Shown: positions 1-10,592 of the stretch, in pieces
How positions within the stretch are numbered: position 1 is the first letter of the stretch
Layout of the letters: every line of letters begins with the position of its first letter
Source of the DNA: Octopus vulgaris
Lineage: Eukaryota
NCBI GenBank assembly: GCA_951406725.2
Contig: OX597816.1
Coordinates: 135,098,001-135,162,000, forward strand
Length of the DNA stretch: 64,000 nucleotides
Reading direction: 5' to 3'
The notes under the pieces: generated by a model
Told to the model about the DNA's origin: nothing
Database searches by the model: none
What the model saw: the letters and a program-made list of their open reading frames with translations, nothing else
Program-made: the position numbers and the translations under genes

Positions 1-914
1 AACGGGAATACTGTATAAAATAAGTAACAGTAACTTTAGTAATGGAAAATTATCGGCTTAAATTAGTTTGTCCTTCCCCACTCGATAACTAAAATATATC
101 AAGATGACGACTACATTTTAAGTTAAGGAAATATCATTTCAGTACCAGATTCCTACTATGTATACACATCAGCAGCTATTAAATTCCACATATATAAAGA
201 TTAAATCATTTGCATACATCGCCATCCATAAACTAGCGAGGCTACCAAGTTGTTATTCGTGGGTGTAAACAAACTTAGATTAAGAAATGGTGAATACTCC
301 ACCACTACCACCTCAAAATTAAACTCTATTAAAATGAGAAGGCAGTAAAAATACACTCCACCCATAACTTTAGGAGGAGGGTGGGCGGCTGCCTGCCTTA
401 AAACTAATAGAACACCTGTCACTAATAACTTGCATTCCGTCATTCTTAGATCCTACTTACCTACCACGTTTGGCGTTTGCAACAAATAAATCTCACTGCT
501 GTCGTTTACCTGAAAATCTGTTTATCTACCTCCTAAACCATTAGAGTAATTGAATGCTATATACTCTCAGTTGAATTCCAACATCTTATAAAATAAGTGT
601 TTACAGTTTTGCGTTTTAACAAGAAAACATCGGTTATAAAATGTTTAAGTTTCAACTAGTTATTTTTAGGAACTATTTTCTTTGACTATGTTTCAATGGT
701 AAATCTTACAAACCAAATACGATTTACATATTAAGAGTTCTGAAGAAGAAGAAGAAAAGTAAATCTTAGCACATTCTGTAGTATTTTTATTTACAGCCAG
801 TATGTTCCATATAATATCAAAAGCATAATTAAAATATTAAAAGTATAAATCTTAACGAACAATTATTTTTGAAACCCTTAACAAGGAATGCACACTAATT
901 TTTAAAACATCCCC

Positions 915-920
915 TTTATT
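915..920 (-). promoter_or_regulatory. Candidate polyadenylation signal of HAUS1-like gene
   Basis: AATAAA on the minus strand about 80 nt after the stop codon; AT-rich context lowers specificity. Confidence 0.3.
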
Positions 921-1000
921 TGTAGGAATAACTGAGGTGGGGTAGAAAACAATTTAAATATCAAAATCTAAAGCGTCCAAAAATATTTTCTCGATTGTGG

Positions 1001-1446
1001 TTAAAATTGAGAGTAGGTACAACTCTTTTGTTTTAGCAAATCATCTAATTCTTCTTGAAGTTGATTTTTATAGAATTCTAGTTTACTTATTTCGTTGCTT
1101 ATCGACCTTAAAGTTAATGGCAACTTATTGAACTCTGTCAACCGACATTCAAGAGAATTAGTGTTCTTCACAATTTTGTCTTTAGCTTTCACACTATCCA
1201 AAATAGCCCCATGGACAAGTGTTGTGTCAATGCCAGTAGATTTGACTTTTTCCTTTAATGTAGTGAATTTCTGAAAACCATTTTCCAATCCTACAACTGG
1301 CTCCTGACAAAAACTGATGGTCCTAGGTAATGTAGAATGGGTCAGGCCGTAGTGGATCTTCATACTCGAGTGGTTGTCAATACTGGGTTTTAATTTGAAT
1401 TTCTGTTCGGAGACCACCTGCATTTCGTTTTTAAGATTTATCAAAG
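1001..1446 (-). CDS. HAUS1: HAUS1-like, last coding exon
   Basis: Acceptor ttcgcag|CT, phase 1 matching the upstream exon. Open to TAA at 1001. STGIDTTLVHGAIL...RLTEFNKLP resembles the recalled HAUS1 C-terminus (ARGMDASLSHQSL...KLESYLDL). Confidence 0.8.
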
Positions 1447-2245
1447 CTGCGAAGCAAATACAAAATTAATTTTTAAAGAAAATTATATATACATAAATAT
1501 ATTTTTTTTAATATAAAAACCAATAGAATAAAGTCTGAAATGAATGTCAAGATAAAAAGCAAAAAAAAAAAAAGCCAAACCAACAAGCCATTCACATCCG
1601 TAATCAGCCGTTTAGCTTTTAAAAATGATAGATTTAAGCTAAATTCAGATATGCAATCATGTTAAAGGAATAAGAAAAATTAATGTGTATTAAAAGGAAG
1701 ACTAGTTTTCTTTGCATTGTGTGGGATAAAGGATGTCCACACGCTCACCAAGCCGTCTAGTTTATTGAAATCACTTCAAACGGAGATTTAAAAAAAATAT
1801 CGCTGTCTTAGCTTTCCTGGTGTGCAGCTCTTGCTTCTCAACGGTACTAGATATAATATGAAATAGGTTTAATGATACAAACAGGTAAACAGAACTCAAA
1901 AACACATGTACATATTTATTAAGTTAGTTGGCAGAAGTTACAAAATGACTCAAAGGCCGAACATTTTGTACTTCGGTACTTATATGTTAAGTTCCAATTC
2001 ACGACCCCACCCCGAGCGCCTTTGCAACTTCTGCGGATCAAGTTAAAAGTATAGTATAAAATATTAATTCTAACAGTGTAAAGCCACAAATTCGAATCTA
2101 TTATATGCTAATTTAATTCACTAGAACTTAAAGACATAACTAAAAGGTTTGATGCTGCTTATCCACTGTTCACGATGGAATGTTAATTTACAAATCGATA
2201 AGAGATAAATATGAAAATTATCGTTCAAAAATTAGACATACTTAC

Positions 2246-2561
2246 CCATCATATAACTAGTTTCTGATAAACTGTTAAGGTTTAGTAGACGAGCAAGTTC
2301 GCATAATATTTCCAGATATTTCTTAGAACATTTGGAATTGTTACCCACTTCCAGTTCCATAAAGTTTAGCACTCGAGACAAGCTTCTATTTTCAGATTTG
2401 TATTCTAGGGCTTTCTGATTTAAATCACTGACTCGGAGTTCGCTAGTTTTATCCTTGATGTAATTAATATTCATTAACGATCGAAGAATGAACAATGAAC
2501 GTTCGTTATACTCAAACTTGAAATCATCTAAACCGAGAGTTTTCTTCAACCAATCAGTAAT
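2246..2561 (-). CDS. HAUS1: HAUS1-like, internal coding exon
   Basis: Long polypyrimidine tract then tag|ATT; donor G|gtaagt. ITDWLKKTLG..FEYNERSLFIL..DLNQKALEYKSE parallels recalled HAUS1 VAAWLKKIFG..YEVNPRTTEIL..DLKQKASEYESE. Confidence 0.82.
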
Positions 2562-2584
2562 CTAAAAAAGAAAAGAAAAAAAAT

Positions 2585-3019
2585 GGTTTCAGATTTCGGC
2601 ACAAGGGCCACGATTTCCGTTGGTGGGGGCGGAGTCGATTGTATCAACCCCAGTATTCAGCTGGTACTTATTTTATCAATCCTGAAAGGATGAAAAGCAA
2701 ATTCGACCTTGGCGGAATTTTAACTTAGAACGTAAAAAAGAACGAAATGCTGTAATGCATTTTGTCCAGTGCGGTAACGATTCTACCATCTAGTCGCCGT
2801 AATAATTCTAATTTTGGCACTAAGTCAGTAATTTTAAAGGTAGGGGAAGTCGACTACATTGACCAGAGCACTTCACTAGTGCTTTATTTTATCGACCCTG
2901 AAAGGATGAAAGGCAAAACTAATCTCGGCGGAATTTGAACAACTCGGAATATAAAGACATAAGAAAGGCTGCTGAGGATTTGTCCCTCGCGGTAATAATT
3001 CTACCAGTTTCACCGCCTT
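2585..3019 (-). mobile_element. Two tandem tRNA-derived SINE copies (family M, core GACTTTGCCTTTCATCCTTTCGGGGTCGATAAAATAAGTACC)
   Basis: Two consecutive ~215-bp copies; the same core recurs at 7155, 8630-9180, 9594, 51368, 63112 and 63662. Confidence 0.8.
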
Positions 3020-3072
3020 AATATAATTTCAAAACGTTGATAAGAATAAAAGGATTTACAATAAAAACATAC

Positions 3073-3147
3073 AAACGACTTCATTGATCCGGAGAGGATA
3101 CTAATACACCTATACAGTCTCTCTGTGACTGAACCAACTTCAGGAAT
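3073..3147 (-). CDS. HAUS1: Candidate upstream exon of HAUS1-like gene (ATG at 3084, MKSF)
   Basis: tag|ATT...ATG AAG TCG TTT|gtatgt. 75 nt open in frame; the phase-0 donor joins in frame to the exon at 2561. No homology support. Confidence 0.45.
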
Positions 3148-3576
3148 CTATAACCATTTCGATTAAAAGTAGCCGTGTAAGCTGTCTGAAGTTTCGGACT
3201 TCATCACAAAGTAACACATTTAAAGATTATGAAAAGAAAAGAGATACCCAGAGTCGCAACTTTGCATAAATGAATGGTTAGATAAGTACGAAAATGTTAC
3301 GTGAAGAGGACCAAAATATTTTAATCCGGATTTTAATTAAGATTTATGGTGAAGATCAAATAATCATTAGCTTAATGATCAATGGTACTCAGGAAAAGCA
3401 AAGGAGAGAATTTGAGGAGCGAGTGTTTCTCGCCACTACGGATGTGATTTTAAGATTTTTTGGTTCACTTAAACAGCAGACATTATCAATCGACCTTTCA
3501 TTGGAGAACAGTGAACATCATCAATTGAGGTTTCAAAAATTTTATATGGATATGACTATCACCAAAGGAAGGTAAA

Positions 3577-3897
3577 TACTTTACGGTACTTTGCAATAAT
3601 GCTGCCGCTTCATGCTCTTGCTTGATGAGGCTGGGGTCATCCCAGGTTAGTGGTCCCTGAGACATCATCATGCGTAGAGCCGACAAGGTCTACCAGCGTT
3701 CTCCATCGCTGGCGGTCCCGTACCAAGCCCTTTGCATCCTCCAAGGCGATGTCGTGCTTCTGGAGATCTTCCCCAATCACGTCCGGCAATATGATCCTGG
3801 GCCTGCCACGAGGCTTCTTCCAGCCCGTAGTTGCGTCGAATGAGAGTAGAGCCTTGGTAAGATGAGCTAGCGGGGGACGGAAGACGTAAATTTTGTG
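3577..3897 (-). mobile_element. RTE-clade LINE 3' fragment
   Basis: Translation GWKKPRGRPR...DRQRWRTLV is the typical RTE ORF C-terminus, followed by a short UTR and an AAAGTA-type tail. Confidence 0.75.
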
Positions 3898-4089
3898 TGA
3901 GATCAACAATTGTTACGGTTTTTGTACTTATTTAAAGTGAGAATGACAGTAAAAATTACCCTTAAGAAAAAGAGATAATTTAGGTTGGGAGTGTCACTTA
4001 AGGGTTAGTAAAAGTTAGCCATTATTCTAAACTACAGAAGTAAACCAGTATTATATTCTCTCAGTTGCAACAGATCCCTTTTTAAAAAA

Positions 4090-4093
<4 letters not shown>

Positions 4094-4135
<42 letters not shown>
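4094..4135. repeat. (TA)n microsatellite
   Basis: About 20 perfect AT units. Confidence 0.95.
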
Positions 4136-4138
<3 letters not shown>

Positions 4139-4408
4139 CTTAGGCTGTACAAACAGTTGTTTATTAATTGCAAAACATTCATGATTTGATGCTAATTCTA
4201 GGTTCCGTTTAGATAAAACTTTTCAAGTAAAGAAGAGAGTAGTTCAATTTTGCTTACGTGTGGATCCAATTTTATAGAAACTCTTGGTGTTGCCATGACT
4301 GGATGCTGAATCAGGGTTCTAAAGGTATTAAACTTCAATTCCGTTGAGACCCGAAACGTTTAATGCAGAAAAAAGCCTCAACAAGGACGTTAAATATTGA
4401 TGATATGA

Positions 4409-6065
4409 TTCTTTATTACCCACTAGGGGCGACACAGAGGGGGACACCACAAGACATGGGGACATAGAACATTATAATTAAAAATTTATGAAAAATGATA
4501 ATATGAAAGCGATGCTAAAGGCCCCATCCGTTAGCATCACTTACCTGTCCTTTGGTTTTCACCGTCACTTGAATGTTCTTTCCCAATACGAATAAATTCC
4601 ATATCCATTCTTACTCCGAAATACTCATCCATATTTTCCACGAATTCATCGCTCATTCTTATATCTTTCGCCTCCCAATTCTCCCTTTCACACCTCACCA
4701 TAAACTCATCTATGTTCTTCTTTTCAATCACAGCATACCTAGTCTCACCAACTTCATACCATTTATACTCTTCCATTAGCCTTTTAACTTCATTCTGTTC
4801 AGTCATCGTACAAATGTACGGCCTAGGTTCGATTTCAATCTCTCGTCTGTCTGTATTATATTTTTTCTTTTTTTGTTTTCTTGTTGGGGGGGAGCGGGTG
4901 TCTGCAGGGATAGGGTGGGACTCAGAGGGTGTGGGTGGTTTTGGGGTGGATTGGTGTTCCATGTTATTTTCTTTTCCTCGAATTCTTCTCTTCCTCTTCT
5001 TTCCAGCTTCCTTCCATTTCTGTGTATTCTCTTCCTCTTCTACTGTCTCCTTCTCCTCTGGTTTCTGTTTCTCTCTGTGTGGTTCGGAATCCATTTCTTT
5101 CCCTGGGGGAGGGCAGAAGGCTCTTATGTGACCCCTCAGGCCACACTTGTAACAACGTGGAGCTCTGCCCTCCACCCACACACTCATGACCACGTCTCCC
5201 AATCTGATGCTTTCCGCCAGGTCCACCAGTACCTCGTTCTCTGCCTGTACGTTCAGCTCCACTGTTACGCCTCTCCAGCCCTCGGTCTTAACCGAGGCAT
5301 GGAGAATATCCACTTCCTCCTCGTGGCCGCTGATCACAGCCGCCACAATCCACTCTGCCTCCACGTTTGGTGGCACTCCCTCCACCCTCACTCGTGTAAT
5401 CCTTCTATTCAAATACATAGGTAAAAGTGTTACCTTTTCTGACTTCACCGCCATCCTCCCCGCTGCAGTCCCACCTCTAAAATGCACCACTACGGCACCA
5501 CACTTGGATCCTCGAGTCAGAAAATTCATTTCCTCCTCCGCTCCTCTCAGGGCCTCCTCCATCCACTCCATGTTTACAACCTCTATTTTCCTCCTTTCAT
5601 TCGCGAACACCCGGCAAACAATGGTCCTCCCATCACACCATTCCCCTCTCCTGGGTGTCGGTGACAGCTCCACCTCACCGCCCTCCTCCTTCATGTATTT
5701 CTGGCAACTCGGCAACTTGGCCAAGTCGACACCCCTCTCCTCAGCCTTCCTGGTTACACCGGCACAGGCACAACCCAGCTCCTCGTCCAACCTCCTCGCT
5801 GCCACCCCCAGCTCCCTCTCAGACGCAGACAAGTCTGATAAAGACTCGAAAAATCCAGCCCCTTCTCCCATCAGCCTCATTGCCACTGCCCGCTCCAGCT
5901 CCTCATCTGTCGTGGACAAGTGTGTTAGAGACTCATAGTCCATTTCCTTCTGTCTGACAGACCGAAAACGGCCGCCAAAACAGAAAAAGTGTAACGCGCA
6001 GAACCAGCGAAATGCGAAACCGCATCAACGCCGTTCAAAATTTCCACAACAACAACAACAACGCT
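4409..6065 (-). mobile_element. ORF1-only non-autonomous LINE-like element (~1.65 kb)
   Basis: About 120-nt CpG-rich leader, ORF1, then ~125-nt T-rich 3'UTR ending CCCCTAGTGGGTAATAAAGAA. No ORF2; TSD not found. Confidence 0.65.
4537..5943 (-). CDS. LINE ORF1-like (gag-like) nucleic-acid-binding protein with CCHC zinc knuckle, L1/Tx1 type
   Basis: Uninterrupted 468-aa ORF, GC-rich against background. CYKCGLRGHIRAFC fits CX2CX4HX4C, preceded by an RRM-like segment (RITRVRVEGVPP) and followed by a basic low-complexity tail (KKRKRR). Confidence 0.85.
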   Translation of the reverse strand: MDYESLTHLSTTDEELERAVAMRLMGEGAGFFESLSDLSASERELGVAARRLDEELGCACAGVTRKAEERGVDLAKLPSCQKYMKEEGGEVELSPTPRRGEWCDGRTIVCRVFANERRKIEVVNMEWMEEALRGAEEEMNFLTRGSKCGAVVVHFRGGTAAGRMAVKSEKVTLLPMYLNRRITRVRVEGVPPNVEAEWIVAAVISGHEEEVDILHASVKTEGWRGVTVELNVQAENEVLVDLAESIRLGDVVMSVWVEGRAPRCYKCGLRGHIRAFCPPPGKEMDSEPHREKQKPEEKETVEEEENTQKWKEAGKKRKRRIRGKENNMEHQSTPKPPTPSESHPIPADTRSPPTRKQKKKKYNTDRREIEIEPRPYICTMTEQNEVKRLMEEYKWYEVGETRYAVIEKKNIDEFMVRCERENWEAKDIRMSDEFVENMDEYFGVRMDMEFIRIGKEHSSDGENQRTGK

Positions 6066-6501
6066 TTTTGTTCTTTTTTTTCCGAATTTCAGGAGCCTTA
6101 TTTTGTCCTTATTATATTTCAAATGACGCAAGCAGGATAATTTAGAATAAACCGAGTTAACCTTATAATTTTTTTTTTTTTTTCAAGTAACAAGAATTAA
6201 TGGTTTGGACAGTTCTATTTTTAGCTGGGGTGGGATTACCGAGTTAAATTGTTTTCTGGTTACCATTCCAGCTCTCTACGATTCTAGTTCAAATCCGCTA
6301 AGGTCAGCTTTGCTTTTATCCTTTCGGAGTCGCTAAATAAAGCATTGGTCCTGTGCTCGGGGAGTTGAAAGTGTAAAGCAAAAGTGTTGTAAAATAAAGC
6401 AAAGCTCTTGGCCTCTTGAGTTCTTGACTTCATTTTAATCTCTAATTTTCATTTTAAGTAGTTAATGTTCTTGAAAGAGCAGCGACGTCATACAATTTCA
6501 T

Positions 6502-6981
6502 CAGTGCCGTCTTAAGGCATGAGCACATTGGACTGTGTGGAGACACATTGCCTAGTGGTTAGAGTAGCGGACTCGCGGTCGAGGGATCACAGGTTCGAAT
6601 CTCAGACCGGGCGGTGTGTGTGTTTATAAGCGAAACACCTAAGCTCCACGCGGCTCCGGCAGAAGGTAATGGCGAACTTCTGCTGACTCTTTCGTCATAA
6701 CTTTCTCTCACTCTTTCCTCCTGCATCTAGCAGCTCACCTGCGACGGACCGGCGTCCCATCCAGGTGAGGAACCTATACGCCAAGGAAACCGGGAAACTG
6801 GCCCTTATGAGCCAGGCGTGGCTCGAGGAGGAACAAACAACATTGGACTGTGACTCGAGCACCCCCACCAGTCTAGCGAACCCAATGCTAATCTATGTAT
6901 GATGTGGTTATGTATGATAAGCTCCAGCACATTGATCTGCTCGGCGGCGGGGAGTCCCATAACGCTATTAAAATGGCTCTG
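6502..6981. mobile_element. hAT-type MITE with nested SINE
   Basis: Imperfect TIRs CAGTGCCGTCTTAA / TTAAAATGGCTCTG; 8-bp TSD AATTTCAT (6494-6501) / AATCTCAT (6982-6989). Confidence 0.7.
6538..6839 (+). mobile_element. tRNA-derived SINE (head A, tail X)
   Basis: A box TTGCCTAGTGG, B box GGTTCGAATC; perfect 13-bp TSD ACATTGGACTGTG (6525-6537, 6840-6852). Confidence 0.9.
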
Positions 6982-7154
6982 AATCTCATTTATCTTTCCT
7001 TATACATCCTAATTAAATGAGAAGGAATAAACATGTTACAAGAGTTAAAGAATGTCACAAATACTCCCATTTAATTAGTGAATGGAAGAAGAATATGGAC
7101 AAAAGTTGTACTTAATTATTAGCTAAGAGGACTGTCAATCTGTCTGCTTAAAGT

Positions 7155-7355
7155 AAGGCGGCAGAATCGTTAGCACGCTGCGCAAAATAGTTGGCGGCAT
7201 TTCGTCCGTATTTACGTTCCAAGTTCAAATTCCGCTGAGGTTGACTTTGCCCCTTTCGGGGTCGATGAAATAAGTACCAGTCGAGCACTGGGATCGATGA
7301 AATCGATTTAACCCATCCCCCAAACTTGCTGGTTTTGTGCCAAAGTTTGAAACCA
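7155..7355 (+). mobile_element. SINE family M
   Basis: GGCAGAATCGTTAGC...AGTTCAAATTCCGC plus the shared core. Confidence 0.8.
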
Positions 7356-7559
7356 ATATGTAGGTTTTAAATAATTTTCTCTGGTTGAATAATTCCAGCA
7401 GTAAACTGAGAAACAAAAAGCATCCAATGTCTGAATTACGGTAAATATAAATGTGCTATTTATCTATTTATTTATTTTAATAAAAATATGTTCATATTTT
7501 GTGTTGATTTAAATTCTACCCATGTCATTTTAAGATGCAAGGACAGAAGAAAAAATAAA

Positions 7560-7900
7560 GCTGGGTGGTAAGAAGCTTACTTCCCAACCACATGGTTCTG
7601 GGCTCAGTCCCACTGAGTAGAACCTTGAAAAAATGTCTTCTACTAAAACCTCGGACCGACCAAAGCCTTGTAGACGGAAACTGAAAGTAGCCTGTCGTAT
7701 ATGTGTGTGTGTGTGTCCACCATCGCTTGACAACCGATGCTGGTGTGTTTACGTCCCCATAACTTATCGATTCGGTAAAAGAGACCGATAGAATAAGTAC
7801 CGGGCTTACAAAGAATAAGTCCTAGGGTCCATTTATTCGACTAAAGGCGGTACTCTAGCATGGCCGCAGTTAAATGACTAAAACAAGTAAAAGAATAAGA
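7560..7900 (+). mobile_element. SINE family K (GGTAAGAAG head, internal (TG)n, GACTGAAACAAGTAAAAGA end)
   Basis: Matches copies at 10243, 16125, 37720, 47512, 49915, 53450 and 54830. Confidence 0.8.
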
Positions 7901-8629
7901 GAAAGAATCTACTTATTTTGCATTCAACTTTGGCTATGCTCAACGCTCTTAGCTGCCATTCGAACCACCGACCAAATGATATCGCCTTTAAAATTTATTT
8001 GAAGATAAATAATTTAACTCTTGGTAGTCCAAATCATTTTTAATAAGTTTGTCCTAAAGGTCTAAGTTTGCTTTCAGACTTTTAATTAGTCCTTTTTCCA
8101 TACCTTATGAATAATATAAAGCTTTCATGGGACTTAAGTTCCTGCTGATGGTTGAAAAAGAAGAAAGAGTGTGTATCATATACGACGCACAGAAGCCAGG
8201 AAGGCAAATGAAACTCAAGATAGGCAAAGGGTTAAGATCTTCACAATTTTTGGAACTTCTCTTCAATTACTATCATACATTTATTAATAATATACGTGTT
8301 TTCAAAGTGCAGTGTACAGATCATATTACATCTTCCTCAATTGGAATACTACTTGTATCTGCGGTTATGGAAATTTGAGATTTTCGAATTAGTTAACGTC
8401 ACCTTGTATGTATTTGTTAAAACTAAGATCTCATTGATCTACATAGCATTTCCATTCAACAGTTTTTGTATTTTCTAATATATTAAATATGTATTAAAAC
8501 CTCTCTCTCAGTTGGATGTTCGTATTTCATTTGAAAATAATCGACATTTCATGTTGCCTGGAATGACATTCAACAATTTGAACTACATTATTTTTCATAT
8601 TGTATCAGTATAAATTTCTCACGTAGGTA

Positions 8630-9180
8630 GATTTGGTGGAGGGGAGAACAGACGATTTAATTAACCTTAGAACATGACTAGTGATTTATTTTATCAACCC
8701 TATAAGGTGGGAAACAGTGTTGATCTTGACAATTTTTTATTCAGAAGGTAATGCCAATTCTAATACTGATTTCAAGCATTGACACAAAGCTACACACTTT
8801 TGAGTTGGGAGATAGTATGGTCGATTAGCTTGTACTTGACTAGTACTTTATTTGTCTTCGAAAAGATGAAAGGCAAAGTTAACTTCAGTGAAATCTGAAC
8901 CCAGAGCATAAATGTTTGTAACTAAATATCCTTTCTGCAATAGGCACAAGGCCTAAAATATTTTAGGAGAGAGGGCTAGTGAAGTGCATCGGCCCCCACC
9001 GCCACCAAACCCCAGTGCTCAATTGATACTCATTTCATCAGTCCCGAAATGATAAAAGGCAAAGTCGGCCTCGACGGAATTTGAGCTCAAAACGTAGAGA
9101 CGGTCGAAATGCCGCTAAGGTCTGTAACTAAGTATCGAAAGGCACTTTGTCCGACGATGCTCTAACGATTCTGCCAATGT
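8630..9180 (-). mobile_element. Cluster of three degenerate or nested family M SINEs
   Basis: Repeated AAAGGCAAAGT..ACCTC..GAA.TTGA core variants. Confidence 0.65.
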
Positions 9181-9593
9181 AACAGAGTAGAACGGGTTGT
9201 GCAGTGAATTATTGAAATAGCAGACTTGATTATTTCCTTCTACGTTCTAATTTTAAACTCCAGGCCTGTTTACTTTGCCTTTCAATGTGATATGGTTCAA
9301 CGAGGGAGCCTTACAAGCCAACGGGAGATCTTTTTCGTGGACTTACGAATTGCTAAAAATAAAAGCCAAATCTCCTTCAAATCACACCCTGCTGCCATAA
9401 AGAAAGGGTGTAAAATAATGTAGTTCTATATACTCCTAAGAAAACAACTGTACTTTTATACCTGAAATGCCTTTGATCATAGTTCTACTCAAAGATGACC
9501 TCGGGTTAAACAACAACATGTCTCAAGGTTTGTTGACTAAACCCCTTTCCTATAAATATGCGGCCATGTACTGAAGTTAATATTAACTGTTAA

Positions 9594-9783
9594 AGCGACG
9601 AGTTGGCAGAATGTTTGGTGTCATTTCGTCTGTCTTTGTTCTGAGTTCAAATTCTGCTGGGGTCGGTTTTCCTTTCATCTTTTCGGAGTCGATAAAATAA
9701 GTACCAGAGGATAACTGGGATCGATGTAATTGACTTACTTCCGCTCCCGAATTTACTAGCCTTGTGCCAAAATCTGAAATCAA
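9594..9783 (+). mobile_element. SINE family M
   Basis: GAGTTCAAATTCTGC...TCGATAAAATAAGTACCAG core. Confidence 0.75.
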
Positions 9784-10242
9784 TATTAATACAACTGAAA
9801 CTAAGAAACAATACAAGCGTAGCTGGTGGGGTGTGACGAGGGATGAGGTCCACTCCGGGCAATGATTTTATGGGGAACGGCCCTTTGGGGTTTACTGCAT
9901 CACCTTGTATAGGCTAGAGGGAGGGGGAGCTAGTGGGGGAGGGGACGGAAAACTCAAGGGTAGCCCTGAGCAGCACATTCTCAAGCTAAGTCGCTGAGAA
10001 CCAATCAAGAAATGGAATCGGTTTAACCTTTCTCCAAAAATGTTTGGCTTTGTGTCATTGCTGAAAATAAATAGTAACACAATCAAAAAGGACAAGTTTC
10101 GCTCCTTTCCAAATTCAATTCTCACTTGTATTTTTACAATAATTTTACCATTCAAATGGGCACATGAATAGGTATCGGTTACAAAGTCCACTTCGCAACA
10201 ACATGGTTCCAGATTCAATCCAATCGTCGGGAATTAAATTAC

Positions 10243-10592
10243 AGGTGCAGGTGTGGTTGAAGGGTAAGAAGCTCACTTTGGTATCATATGGTTTCAGGTT
10301 CAGTCCCATTATGCAGCACCTAGGACAAGTGTCTTTATACTATAGCCCCAGACCAACCAATGAATTTGGTAAATGGAAACTGTGTGGAAATTTTTGTGTG
10401 TGTGTCTTCATGTTCATCTTTCCACCACTTAACAACCAGTGTTGGTTTGTTTACATTTTCGTAACTTAGAAGTTCGGCAAAAGGAACCAATAGAAAAAGT
10501 ACCAGATTCTAAAAAATAAATACCGAGTTTGTTTCCAGTTGGTGCTCCAGCATGACAGTAGTCAAATGACTGAAACAAGTAAAAGATAAAAG
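10243..10592 (+). mobile_element. SINE family K
   Basis: GGTAAGAAGCT head, GACTGAAACAAGTAAAAGATAAAAG end. Confidence 0.7.

Noticed and set aside
4305-4366. Hammerhead-like CTGA...GGGT..ACCC-GAAACGTT
   Set aside because: Core is CTGAATCA, stem I is absent and the loop is long; at best a dead Penelope-like remnant.
4573-5957. Plus-strand ORFs of up to 250 aa overlapping ORF1
   Set aside because: Antisense shadows of a purine-rich coding strand; S/F/L-rich with no motifs.
6538-6612. tRNA gene (also 26271, 46919)
   Set aside because: tRNA-like heads run into SINE bodies bounded by TSDs and lack a proper acceptor stem and terminator.
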